Origin: Octopus vulgaris
Taxonomy: Eukaryota
Direction of reading: 5' to 3'
Assembly: GCA_951406725.2 (NCBI GenBank)
Contig: OX597831.1
Span: 68,262,001-68,326,000, forward strand
DNA length: 64,000 bases
Shown: in pieces, positions 37,071 through 48,856 of the stretch
How positions within the stretch are numbered: the stretch's first letter is position 1
Layout of the letters: each line of letters opens with the position of its first letter
Position numbers and translations under genes: made by a program
Notes under the pieces: model-generated
Told to the model about the DNA's origin: nothing
The model's database searches: none
What the model saw: the letters and a program-made list of their open reading frames with translations, nothing else

Positions 37071-37290
37071 AAGTTGAGTGCACATCAACTCTCACTAGCA
37101 AAACCAAGAAGCCCAGAGACAAGCAAAGTGTACAACATCCAGCTTAGTAGATTGATGGAGGGATGCCTTGACAAAGTCCACTGATCCTTCATTTCTAGTG
37201 CTTAGTGCACTCTTGGAAACCAATACAAATATTTCCACATCCTAAGCAAAGAAACACAAATACACACTCACACAGACACATAAACACATG

Positions 37291-37334
<44 letters not shown>

Positions 37335-37340
<6 letters not shown>

Positions 37341-37567
37341 TCCTTGTTTTGCAAATGATTGTCACTGTAATATAAGCAGTGTCATTCATTTCCAATATTC
37401 TGTGAGATCATGTCTGGTCATGGAGAAATATTATCTTGCTTGGAAGCAGGTAAGAGTTGGTGACAGGAAGGGTATCCAACTGTTGAAAATCTGCCTCAGT
37501 AAAATCTCCATCCTAACCATGCAAGCATGGAAAACTGATGTTTAATAGTGATGATGATAATGATGAT
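37335..37567 (+). mobile_element. RTE-type SINE tail (variant tail of family A)
   Basis: Follows (GT)n. ttggaagcaggtaagagttggtgacaggaagggtatcc...catgcaagcatggaaaa...gatgat. Confidence 0.7.
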
Positions 37568-37770
37568 ATCATCATAATCATCATCATCATCATCATCATC
37601 ATCATTTAACATTCCCTTTGTCAAACCCATGCTAGCATGGGTTTGACAATTCAACATAAACTGACAGGCAAGAGGGTTGCATAGAGCTCAAATGTCTGCT
37701 TTGGTATGGTTTCAACAGTTGGGTTTCCTTCCTAACATTAATCACTTCACTGAGTGTATTGGGAGTTTTT
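37568..37770 (-). mobile_element. Decayed RTE 3' UTR fragment
   Basis: (CAT)n plus catgctagcatgggtt...cttcctaac motif. Confidence 0.6.
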
Positions 37771-37908
37771 AAGTCTGTCGATATATATTTTAGTTGTAGT
37801 CAAGCTATAAAATTATAAATCTAGGATTATAACCTCAAATACTTTAGCAAGATTTGGAGCAATAATTCTACAACAATCATTTCTGATTTTTCCCTCAAGC
37901 ACAATATA

Positions 37909-38132
37909 TATTTCTTTATTGCCCACAAGGGGCTAAACATAGAGGGGACAAACAAGCACAGACGAAGGGATTAAGTTGATTATATCGCCCCCAGTGCAAA
38001 ACTGGTACTTTATTTATCGACCCCGAAAGGATGAAAGGCAAAGTTGACCTTGGCGGAATTTGAACTCAGAACGTAATGACAGGCGAAATACCACTAAGCA
38101 TTTCGCCCGGAACGCTAACGTGTCTGCCAGCT
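37909..38132 (-). mobile_element. SINE family C (tail type 1)
   Basis: 15-bp TSD ctcaagcacaatata at 37894-37908 and 38133-38147. Confidence 0.92.
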
Positions 38133-38701
38133 CTCAAGCACAATATAAAAATAAAGGTCACATTATCCAGAGCATTCTGCTTTGTATAAAATAAAATGTT
38201 ATTTGAGAAAGATTAAGCTGTTATTTCTCAAGTAACTGCATTGGAGCTTCCTTGTTAATGCAATGCAGACACAAGAAAAATTGATGAGAAAACATGGGTG
38301 AAGATCTTGTTTGCATTTCTCTTTTGTTTCAGTTATTTGCTTTCAGGTCTGTTTCTCTTTTTGTAGTTTGCTGATTGAATAAATTCGTGGACACATTTAC
38401 AGTTCAAAATGCAGGGTATTTAGAATTAGTTTTCTTTTGTTATCTGTTTTAGTTACAAGGTAATTAATTTGGAACAGTAACAAAATTTTATTATCATTTG
38501 GAATTAATTTTACAATATCAATTCTAAAGATTCAAGCTTTGATATAGTTAGTTTGGCATAAGGAACTCTGATAAAAGAAAAGAAAAGGAAGGAAACAGTG
38601 ATTATAAAGATTTCCTTCACTTTTTGAAAGTTATCACAATTTTCCCAGACAAAAGTTTCTTCATTTAGATTTTCATTGATGCTGATGATGATTTAGAAAC
38701 A

Positions 38702-39078
38702 CTTTACTCTTTTACTTGTTTCAGTCAGTTGACTGTGGTCATGCTGGAGCACCACCTTTAGTCAAGCAAATCGACCCCACAACTTATTCTTTGTAAGCCC
38801 GCTAAGTTACGGGCACATAAACACACACCAGCATCGGTTGTCAAGCAATTCTAGAGGGACAAACACAGACACACAAACATACACACACATATATATATAT
38901 ACACACACATATATATGACGGGCTTCTTTGAGTTTCCGTCTACCAAATCCACTCACAAGGCTTTGGTCGGCCCGAGGCTATAGTAGAAGGCACTTGCCCA
39001 AGGTGCCACGCAGTGGGACTGAACCCGGAACCATGTGGTTGGTAAGCAAGCTACTTACCACACAGCCACTCCTGTGCC
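38702..39078 (-). mobile_element. SINE family A
   Basis: Full-length copy with a small internal deletion. Confidence 0.9.
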
Positions 39079-39598
39079 TAGATGTATATATTATGGTGTG
39101 CACAGCCACTTCTTCATTGCCAAAGACTAATCATTGCCTTAATGATAATAATAATAATAATAATAATAATAATATTAATATTGAAAACTTCTAATTTATC
39201 TATTCCCCACCCCATAGCAGTTGTGTATCCATGAAAGTTTTTATGGGACTGAAGGAAATTATAATTGTAATACATGCTGCAACCTGTACCTGTTCACTAG
39301 GCTGAAGTACCCGCTACTTCAAAGATCTGCAAAGATCTTACCAGATGCTGTAAACATCCCCTCAACTTCCCTCCCTGGCTTCCCAGGTTCCCAAGTTCAG
39401 AGTTGTCCCAATCAATGTTGGCACAATAAAAGGTATGTTTGGTGGGATTGTTAGAGTTGTTGAAATGCTTGAACATTGGCATGTAGATGTCAGCATTGTA
39501 TTAAGGCCGTGTGCAAGAGGTACGATGCAGGGGAGACTCAGCTAGATTGCTTATGGGCAGGGAAGCAATACCAGGTTAGGTGGCATAGGTATTCTTCT

Positions 39599-39826
39599 GG
39601 CGGTGAGCTGGTAGAAACGTTAGCATGCCGGGCGAAATGCGTAGCCGTATTTTGTCTGCCGCTACGTCCTGAGTTCAAATTCCACCGAGGTCGACTTTGC
39701 CTTTCATCCTTTCGGGGTCGATAAATTAAGTACCAGTCATGCACTGGGGTCGATATAATCGCCTTAATCCGTTTATCTGTCCTTGTTTGTCCCTTCTGAG
39801 TTTAGCCCCTTGTGGGGAGTAAGGAA
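39599..39826 (+). mobile_element. SINE family C nested in the RTE endonuclease region
   Basis: 17-bp TSD ataggtattcttctggc at 39585-39601 and 39827-39843. Confidence 0.93.
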
Positions 39827-42149
39827 ATAGGTATTCTTCTGGCAGAGAAATGGGTGGATAAGGTGATTAAGGTAATCAGGGTGAGTGGTAGGATTATAAA
39901 GCTTAGATTAGTTCTGTTTATTGTAACAGTCTCATTTAACTCTGCATTTGCTCCACATGTCAGACTCACAGATATTCAGAAGGACTGTTTCTAGGAATCC
40001 TTTCTGCAGACTACCTTGACAATGAAAGACAACGATGTTCTCATTGTGGCATGAAACTTCAATGGCCAAGCTGGAAAACACTCTGATGGTTTTCATGGTA
40101 AGCATGGAGGCTACAGCTTTGGTTCCAGAAAGGAGTGGGGAGCAAGACTGCTGGATTTCTTGATGATTTGCAACACCAACTTCAGAAAACCTGCCAGCCC
40201 TCTGGCCATTTATCAATCTGGTGGGCACACTATCCAGATTGACTACATCCTCATCAGAAACAAGACAGATGTATTCTTGTGAATGCAAAGTCCTTCCCAG
40301 GTTAAGAATGTACAACTCAATGTTGGTTAGCAATTAGTGACTTCAAATTAAAGATCCTGGAAAACAAGCTGATATGTAAAAGGAGTTTATGGAAGATGAA
40401 ATATCCTTCAAATAGACAGAGATTTTGAGATGTCTTTAATGAAGTCTTTGATGAGAAGGAGGTAGAGATGGAGACATACAACATAGAGGTCAACTGGAAG
40501 TTCTTACAGGACAATCTACTGAGAACAACAGACTAAATCTGTGGTTGGAGCAAAGCTTCTGCCAGACCAAAGGTGACATAGTGGTCAGTGAGATCAGTAG
40601 GATTATAAAAGAGAAGAGATGGGCGTTGAAACAGTGGAAGAGTGGTGGTAGCAAAGAATCATATCAGATAGCTAAAAGAGAAGCTAGACGTCAGGTATAT
40701 CTAACTAGGACAGAAGCAGAATGGAAGAGGTTTGACAATGTCCTATAGCATTAAGATCAGGGAACTGAGGTGTCCCAGATTGCCAGACAATGTGTTAGAG
40801 AGGATTGAGATGTGGGAGAGAAATGTGTATGGACAGACAATGGTATGCTTGCTTTTAGTGATCCTGAAAAGAAAGAGGCATCCATGGAAGGGCTATTATG
40901 AATGACTATTAAATGTAGTGAATGAATGGGAGAAAGGAGTCTTCCTCATGTGAACCCAACAGAGGGACCAGTTATCCTAGTTGACAACGTCATGATAGAT
41001 AAAACAATTATAGATATTAAGACAGGGAAATCCCATGGTTCAACAGGAGTCACTGCCAAGGCACTTAAGATATCTGGCAGAGTTGGATATAGTCCAGTCA
41101 TGTATAGTTATCAAGTTATTCAGGAAGGCATAATCTCTAGTGACTTGTGCAGTAGTAATAACATAATCACCTGCTACAAGGGAGAAACTTTAGATAAAGT
41201 AATTATAAAGGCATCAAATTGCTGGACCAGGTGATGAAGGTTGCAGAGAGAATTATAGCCCAATTAATTAGGAGTAGAATCAAACCAGATGAAATGCAGT
41301 TTGGCTTTGTCCCAGGAAAAAGCACCACAGATGCTATTTTCTTAGTCAGGAAACTGCAAGAGAAGTATTTAGCTACATTAAAGCTGTTGTGCTTGACATT
41401 TATTGATCTAGAGAAGGTATTAGATAGAGTTTGATAGAGTACTTTACTCTGTGATTTTGTGATCTTTGAAGAAACTAGGAGTAGAAAAATGACTTGTGAA
41501 AGCACTACAGGCAATATACAGCAGTGCTGTTCATAAAGTAAGAGTTGACCAAAGGTACAGTGACAAATTTAGTGTACAGGCAGGTGCTTAGCTCTTAGCC
41601 TCCTATTCATCACCATCATCCTCCTGGCCAAAACAGAGGAATTAAAAACTGGAAGTCCATGGGGACTACTATATGCTGATGATCTTACCTTCATAGCAAA
41701 ATCTGTAACAGAATTAGAAAAATTCCAGGTGTGGAAACAGAACCTGAAATCAAAGGGTCTTAAAGTTAACTTAAATACCAAGGTCCTAGTAAGCAAGAAA
41801 TCAGATGTGATCCTTCACCTTTCAGGTAAATAATCCTGATTGATATGTAGGAAGGGTGTAGGCAGAAATTCCATTCAGTGTACCCAGTGCAAGCTATAGA
41901 CTCACAAGAGGTGCAATGGAATAGTAGGAAGGTTTTAACAGAGAAAGTAGTGTTTGTATGTGGAAGATGTATGGGAGCCATAAAGACCACTAATACATGG
42001 GAAACTGGTGAGACTTATTTGAGAGCAGAAAAAAGGAAAAAAAACCCTGAGAATAGTAACTTAATAAGTACTATTATCAATACTGCTCATATTCTGCTAC
42101 CTTCCTCGACCACCACAATTACCACTCAGGTGTTCACAATTCACGTTGT

Positions 42150-42186
42150 GCTCCACACCACCACCACAACCATTGCTGCTGCCATG

Positions 42187-42219
<33 letters not shown>

Positions 42220-42235
42220 GCCACCATCCCACACT

Positions 42236-42284
<49 letters not shown>

Positions 42285-42418
42285 GCTACTACTACTACTA
42301 CTGCTACTGCTGCTGCCACCACCACAGCCATTGTTGCTACCACCAACACCACTACCACTACCTCCACAAATACAACCACTACCTCCACAAATACAACCAC
42401 TACCACCACCACCACCAC
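42150..42418. repeat. (CAC)n/(CAA)n/(CTA)n trinucleotide block inside the RTE
   Basis: Seen directly. It is the source of the poly-L, poly-V and poly-Y ORFs. Confidence 0.92.
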
Positions 42419-43869
42419 TTCTCTCCGGAAGTTGTAAATAATATCTGCTACCTAGATGACCTAATTAGTTGTAGAGGAGGTTGCACAGAAAGTGTAATAG
42501 TTAGAATAAGAATAGGATAAAGAAAGCTCAAAGAGCTTTTACCTTTGTTGGCAACCAAAGGTCGTTCTCTCTGAGTGAAAAGAAGATTGCATGATGCATC
42601 TATACAAACTGCAGTGCTGTATGACAATGAGACATGGCGCTTGAATGCAGAGGACATGAGAAGACTTGAGAGGAATGAAGCTGATATGTTCTGGTGGAGT
42701 GCAATATCAGTGTACATGTGTGACAGAGCACCTGTGTATTGAGAGAAAAATTAGGCATAAGAGGAATTATATACACTGGGAAAGAGAGGAGACTCTTTAT
42801 ATACAGTGTGAAAGAGAATTATATATACTGTGAAAGTGAGTTTGGTCACGTGATGTGGACAGATGCAGACAGTTACATAAAGAAGTGCCAATCACATAAA
42901 GTGGGGGAAGTTGTGGAAGAAGGTCATAGGATGAAGAATTGAAGGCTGATCTCAAAATGTTGAGCCTTACAAAGGAGATGACAGTGGACTGAGGCATGTG
43001 GTGCATTGCTGTACTAGGGAAGAACTGCACACCACAACAGAACTGATATTATCCCAAAACCAAGGTGCCACATAAAAAAGCATTGGTGTAGTTGCTGGTG
43101 CCATGAAAAAAGCCCTTGTGATGGTGCTAACTAAAAAGCATCCTGTACACTCTGTGAAGTGGTTGGTGTTAGGAAGGGCATCTAGCCACAGAAATCAAGT
43201 CAAAACAGACTATGGAACCTGGCCTTGTCAGTTCTTGTCAAGCTGTCCAACCCATACCAGCATGGAAACGGTCGTTAAATGATGATGATGATGATGATGA
43301 TTTGTAAATTCAATTTTCACTTCTCTCTGCCGTTAGAGAGTGAGTATGACAGAAGCTTCAGAGCTTATTAGAGATACTTGAGAAGATAAAATTCATACCA
43401 CTCAAAGAATACTTCATTTAGAGGCTGTTTAACCTACTATCTGCAGAGAAATTCTTATCATTCATATAAATTCAATGAGCAAAATTGGCATTCAGTCTTC
43501 ATTATATATACATATTTTTGATTATGTACTATGCTAGAGATCAATATACCCAATTAGCATACTATCATGAAAACTTGTAGTGTGTGTGTGTGTGTGTGTG
43601 AGTGCCCACAAGTTTACTGATACTATTCAAGAAATAAAATAATCAGTAGGGTCCAGTGAATGCAAAGTTGAAACAATACAATGGGGCAAGCACCCACAGC
43701 ACATGTGTTAGTGCTACCACTTCAACTTATGGTAATAGTACAAGTCTTCGAGACACAGTACACTGTGTGCCTTCTCAGTTTGCTACAACTAGCACACAAA
43801 TCTACCTCAATTCACACCTCGCTATCTTAAAATAACATTAAATACTCACTGTCTCAAAAATGTTTGGAT

Positions 43870-44082
43870 ACTCTTGTTTCAGTCATGTGACTGTGGCCAT
43901 GCTGGAGCACCACCTTTAGTCGATCAAATCGACCCCAGGACTTATTCTTTGTAAGCCTAGTACTTATTTTATCGGTCTCTTTTTTGCCAAACCACAAAGT
44001 TATGGGGATGTAAACACACCGGCATTGGTTGTCAAGCGATGTTGGGGGGACAAACACAGACACACAAACACGCACATACATT

Positions 44083-44122
<40 letters not shown>

Positions 44123-44138
44123 CATATATACGATGGGC
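43870..44138 (-). mobile_element. SINE family A, 3' two-thirds
   Basis: Matches the family A tail and internal microsatellite. Confidence 0.88.
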
Positions 44139-44689
44139 AACGACAGGTATTATGCTCAGTCAGAGCTGACCTGATATTAAACATCATCATTCTCAACAAC
44201 AACAATTGACACCTACATCAATGCTTCAGTTTGTTTTAAAGGTGTAGAGTTAGTCAGATTAACATACAAACGTTGCATATAACATGCATGGGTATGCAAT
44301 CCCACAGTCATTGCATAGTGCTAGGCACATTGAAGTTCTGTTTCCATTTTAATTAACAAAATGACTGCCATGCATTTCTGTATCACTCCCGAAAAGTGAG
44401 AATAGGCTTCCCACTTCTCGGAAGCAGTGGACAATGATGTTAACATTTTCACTAAAGTTTTTTTTAATTGATTTTCCATTAGGCTATATATTAAGATAAG
44501 AAGCGTTTTTAAATACCAAAAGAGTGGGTATGAAGAAGCAAGAAAATAAGAAGATTGGAATAATTGCGCCATTCTTAAGCAAAAATGACTTTCACACTTT
44601 ATAAACACTGGATTACAATCTCCACAGGAAAAACGTCAGATAAAAATGTTAGTTTTATATATATGTATATATATATAAAGACATATTTA

Positions 44690-45771
44690 TGTATCTCTCT
44701 AACCAGTTTCAGCTCAAAAGCTGCAGTCTTGCTGGGGAACCACCACCATTGGCATTGCTACACCTTCATTATTTGAAACCTCCTCTGATATGTGGCATTT
44801 GGGGAATGAGGGAATTTGATGCTGCTGCCCTCATCTGTGCTTCCTGCCATGAGGTAGGCTCATCTGGAACCCTTGACCAGAGGTGATCCAGTTTTGTTTT
44901 GATAACACCTACATCCACACCATGCAGGTCTCTCAGGCATTTTGGAAGTATAGTGAAGTGCTGTGGGCCCTTGAAACCCAAGCTGTTGCAGTATCTGGTT
45001 CTGCATTTTGATGGCAATGTTGGGAGCTTAGGCATTATGCAGCAGTGCTCTGTTCTACTGTTTGTGTTACATTTAGAGCCAAAGTTTGGTACAAGTACTT
45101 GCAGGATCTTCTAGATATATATCACTGAATTACTTTTTCATGCCTTTATTCTAGGGACTAGAGTCTTAACTTTTTCAGCTTTTCCCAGTAGCTGATAAGT
45201 TGCATTGAGACGATTTTCTTCGTGTAGCTTCATTGGATTGCTTTGAGTTCCACTGTTAATTTTATTCTGTGGTGACCTTAGTCAGGAGCATTAATCTAAG
45301 TGCCTGAGGACATATGTCCTCTAAAAGACCATCATGCTTTGTGTGTTAGTAGCACGGGGCTTGGAATTTTCCATCATTAAACAGCGTGTTATTGTTTTCA
45401 GCCCACCTGTGTATTGGATCCAAATCCCATTGCAAATGTGTAATATTTCCAGGGTTCTAAAAACCCTGAGAGACTTTTGTGTCATCTGCATAACTTGCAA
45501 GGGTGGCTATCTGAGCAGCTGAGAGCATGTCTGAGAAAGCCAATATGAATAACAGTGGCCCTAAGCCAGTGCCCTGTGGAATGCCACTTACAATTTTTGC
45601 TTCCTTTAAGGTGGCTCCATTGGCTACTACTGCCCAACTTCTATCTTTTGGAAAGTTGCATAGCCACTGTCCAAGTTTTCCAACTATGCTGAGATTATGC
45701 AGTTTGTGACATACTATACCATGGTCAACTTTATCAAAGGCTTTTGCAAAGTCGCTATATATCACATCTGC
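44690..45771 (-). mobile_element. CR1/L2-group LINE 3' remnant (RT)
   Basis: IYSDFAKAFDKVDHG, SGIPQGTGLGPLLF and YADDTK, then C-terminal KTKLDHLWSRVPDEP and a short 3' UTR with a stem-loop. Confidence 0.88.
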
Positions 45772-46959
45772 AAGAGCTGTGTCAGGCAGCTTCTACCTTG
45801 TGTGGTGGTAGGGGTGGTTCCAAGCCTGTGCCTGATGTAGCCAGGTTAGTTGCTGCACAATCTTTTGAGCCATGCACAAAAAAGATTTTTGTTCAGTTGA
45901 ACTGTCTATAAGTGTAGTGCTAATGTTCTTAATGAGCATAGTAACTTTACTCAGTCAAAACTAAGCCATAAGACATTGACTAAGTCAACCAAACAAGGGC
46001 TACAACTAAAAAATCTAAAAGGAAAGAATCAAATCTCTTTGAAATAAGTTCTGAATCAAATACCATTTTATTAAGATTGAAAATAAGCAATAAGGAGAAA
46101 AATAATCTGATTTTTAGTGAATACAATGACAATTCTGGACAGGAGTCAATCTTTTCCTTGATATAATGAGTTCAAGCCTACCTCTGATGTTTAATTGCAT
46201 TTCTGGCATAGCTGTTCAGTATACATTGTCTCAGTTCACTCACTTAACAGGAAAAGGTACCAAATCATCTGAGAATGTTGTATGAGAGATATTTATCTTT
46301 TATTCTTTTCACATCATAAATTAAGCACCAGCTCTTAGAGGCCTCTTTAGAGCTTTGCAAACACTGTTTATAATATGAGACAAAATGGCAATGATGGACT
46401 ACTAACCAAACAAATTCAGATATATGTATTCTGTCTCTGAAGAAAGCACATATACTGCTTATTCTACTTTGGCTGACTGAACAAAAATAAACAAAAAAAC
46501 TGGCACCACTCTTACTGAATAGTTAAGTGATTTGTGGTAGGAGAGGTAGTCAGCTGTAAAATCAATTTATTCAACAAATAAATGATCCCACTCATGCATG
46601 CATAGAAAAATAGAAGTAAAGTAGTAAAAACAAAATAATTTCATTATATTATACTTTCAATATCCTGGCAATCTTTATGATTTATCAATTTTAGATTATC
46701 AAAACATTTAGTTTCATGATGACTATTCAATATGATATATATGTTGAGGCCAAATCTTTGTATTATTAAAGATCAATTTAATTATTCCAGAAATAGCCTA
46801 ATGTGCAGCAGTGAATCTGAGTAAACTTATCTTCAAGCATTTATGTAGAGAGTCTGGCACAGAAGCCTCATGGTTTTTAAATGAATGCAATCTTGGCATG
46901 TACAGGATATTAGTAATCCTCTCTGTGTAATTGTGCAGAACAATATTTGTCATTTATAA

Positions 46960-47760
46960 AAACATATAATTATCACATTAAGTAACTGTTCATTTAGTGC
47001 TGAAAATATCATCATCCAAATGCCTCCCATTGTTTTACAAACATATATGTAGCCCAGATTGGATGTTCTGCATTGCTCATCGCAACGTATCATGGGGATA
47101 TTGCCTGGTAAGTACCAGCTTTCAGTTCATTCAGTGTAAATGGTTTATTGAGAAACACTTTCCCTTTGAAGTGACTTGAAAGAAAATGACCAAAACTGAA
47201 AGGTCAGATGATTGTGCAGGTTGTTGCATATCACACAATGCAGAGAAATGGACATGATTGGTAAGAATTTCTTTAATAATGCCATTTAGAATCTCTTGCT
47301 CTGTGGGTGTCTAAAACAGCATACATATCAAATATTAATGCTAATGTGTTCAATATGGGAAAAGGAAGTTGTGCAACATAAGCTCATAATTGGAATCCAC
47401 TGTTATTACATGTCTTCCTTCTTCAAAGAAATTCCAACCTATCACACCAAACTGGTAAATGTTGATTTATTTCTTACACAATCATAATCTTATAAGGATG
47501 AAGATGTAAAGAAATATCCTTTGCCGACTATGATCTGAAATGTTTCGTTTCACTTTTTGATGTAGAAAAATGTCTGTTTACTACAGCTCACCCACAGACT
47601 CCAATATTCTGTTGTGTTTAGAAAGACAGAATGCTCACCACCAGATAATTTCTTCTTCAATGTGGCATCAGTCAACTTGAAGTATTCTGCTCATAACAAT
47701 ATGTCTGAATCACAAAAGCATCATGTCACAAATTTCACTGTTTAATAGATATTGAAATGG
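46960..47760 (-). mobile_element. Heavily decayed Tc1/mariner-superfamily transposase remnant
   Basis: Minus-strand pieces FFEEGRHVITVDSNYELMLHNFL, PAQSSDLSVFGHFL (compare WPARSPDL..D.FLW), NKPFTLNELK and AMQNIQSGLHICL*NNGRHLDDDIF. Confidence 0.6.
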
Positions 47761-48480
47761 TGTTATATGTGTTTCTCAATGCTACAGAAAACATGAACCC
47801 CCACCTTCCTCATCTATTAGACTGCTGTCATTTCAAAAACCATCAAGTTTCTTTGCTGGACTCTGTCCAATAAACTGATTTGACATACAAACAAAAGATC
47901 ATAGTAAAGATAACAACCTGACATATCCTACTTCGTTCATGATTATCTTTTTAGTTTTTGTAAAGTAAGAGCAGATCATAAAACAGGAACTGCTAAAACA
48001 TAGGACAAAGAGTGTATGTCAGAAATAATCAAAATAATGAATCTTTAAGTTATTGTGAAGGTGTCACACTTTGATATTTGATTCCGAAAACAGCAACATG
48101 AATAAATAACAATGATGATCTTTCAGAAGGTCTCAGGGCAACAGATTATATAGGACTGGTGTGTATAGATGATTTTATCAATCCCACTACATTGTATATG
48201 ATCGGTACTTATTTTATCAACTCTTAATTGATGGAATTTGTCTCTAGTGCTCTGTTATTTCTGCCAATCTTCTCCTTATCAAATAATGATGATGATGAGG
48301 AGGATGCTGATAATGGTGGTTATGATGATGCTGCCATTGATGATGGTTAGTTGTTGTCACATCATGTTATTTGATAGTAGTATCATGATTCAGGGTAATA
48401 GTGTTGACTCAACGGGATATTGTTAAGTTTTCACATTTGAGCAACACTCCAGAATATGAAAGTGTAGATAATGAGTTTAA

Positions 48481-48692
48481 CCCTTTCGTTACTGTATTTA
48501 TTTTGAGATGCTCTGTGTTTCTTTTAATAACTTTAAATATAACAAAGAATTTAGTAAAATTACTTGGTTATCATTAAGCTAGTGTTAGGAACATAAATTG
48601 TGACTAAGGTTTGGTGGAAGATTTTAATTAAAAAAACAAGACATTTGTACTCAGAGTCAGAGCTGGTTTCAGCCGGGTTGGTAATGAAAAGG
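48481..48692. mobile_element. piggyBac-type MITE
   Basis: TTAA-ccctttcgttac ... gtaatgaaaagg-TTAA. Confidence 0.85.
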
Positions 48693-48856
48693 TTAACAGG
48701 TACAGGAAAGTTGTAATACCAAATTCTTAGTCTATAGTTGACACTCAAATAAAAACAAAAATATCAACTGTTTTTAATGCTGCCATACAGTATTAAAAGA
48801 ATTGAACTACTTAACTCATAGCTTTCTTTTACATATGAAATAACAAACTGTCCTTA

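Larger units (their letters stand above)
39200..43281 (+). mobile_element. Near full-length decayed RTE-clade LINE (APE, RT, PHD-like finger, 3' UTR)
   Basis: APE motifs NVGT, VQEVR, GILLAEKW and QIDYIL. RT motifs QFGFVPGKSTTDAIF, FIDLEK and LLYADDL. (GAT)n tail at 43281. Many stops and frameshifts; the 5' boundary is approximate. Confidence 0.92.

Noticed and set aside
41878-42520. Poly-Leu/Pro, poly-Val and poly-Tyr/His proteins
   Set aside because: Trinucleotide repeats inside a dead LINE.
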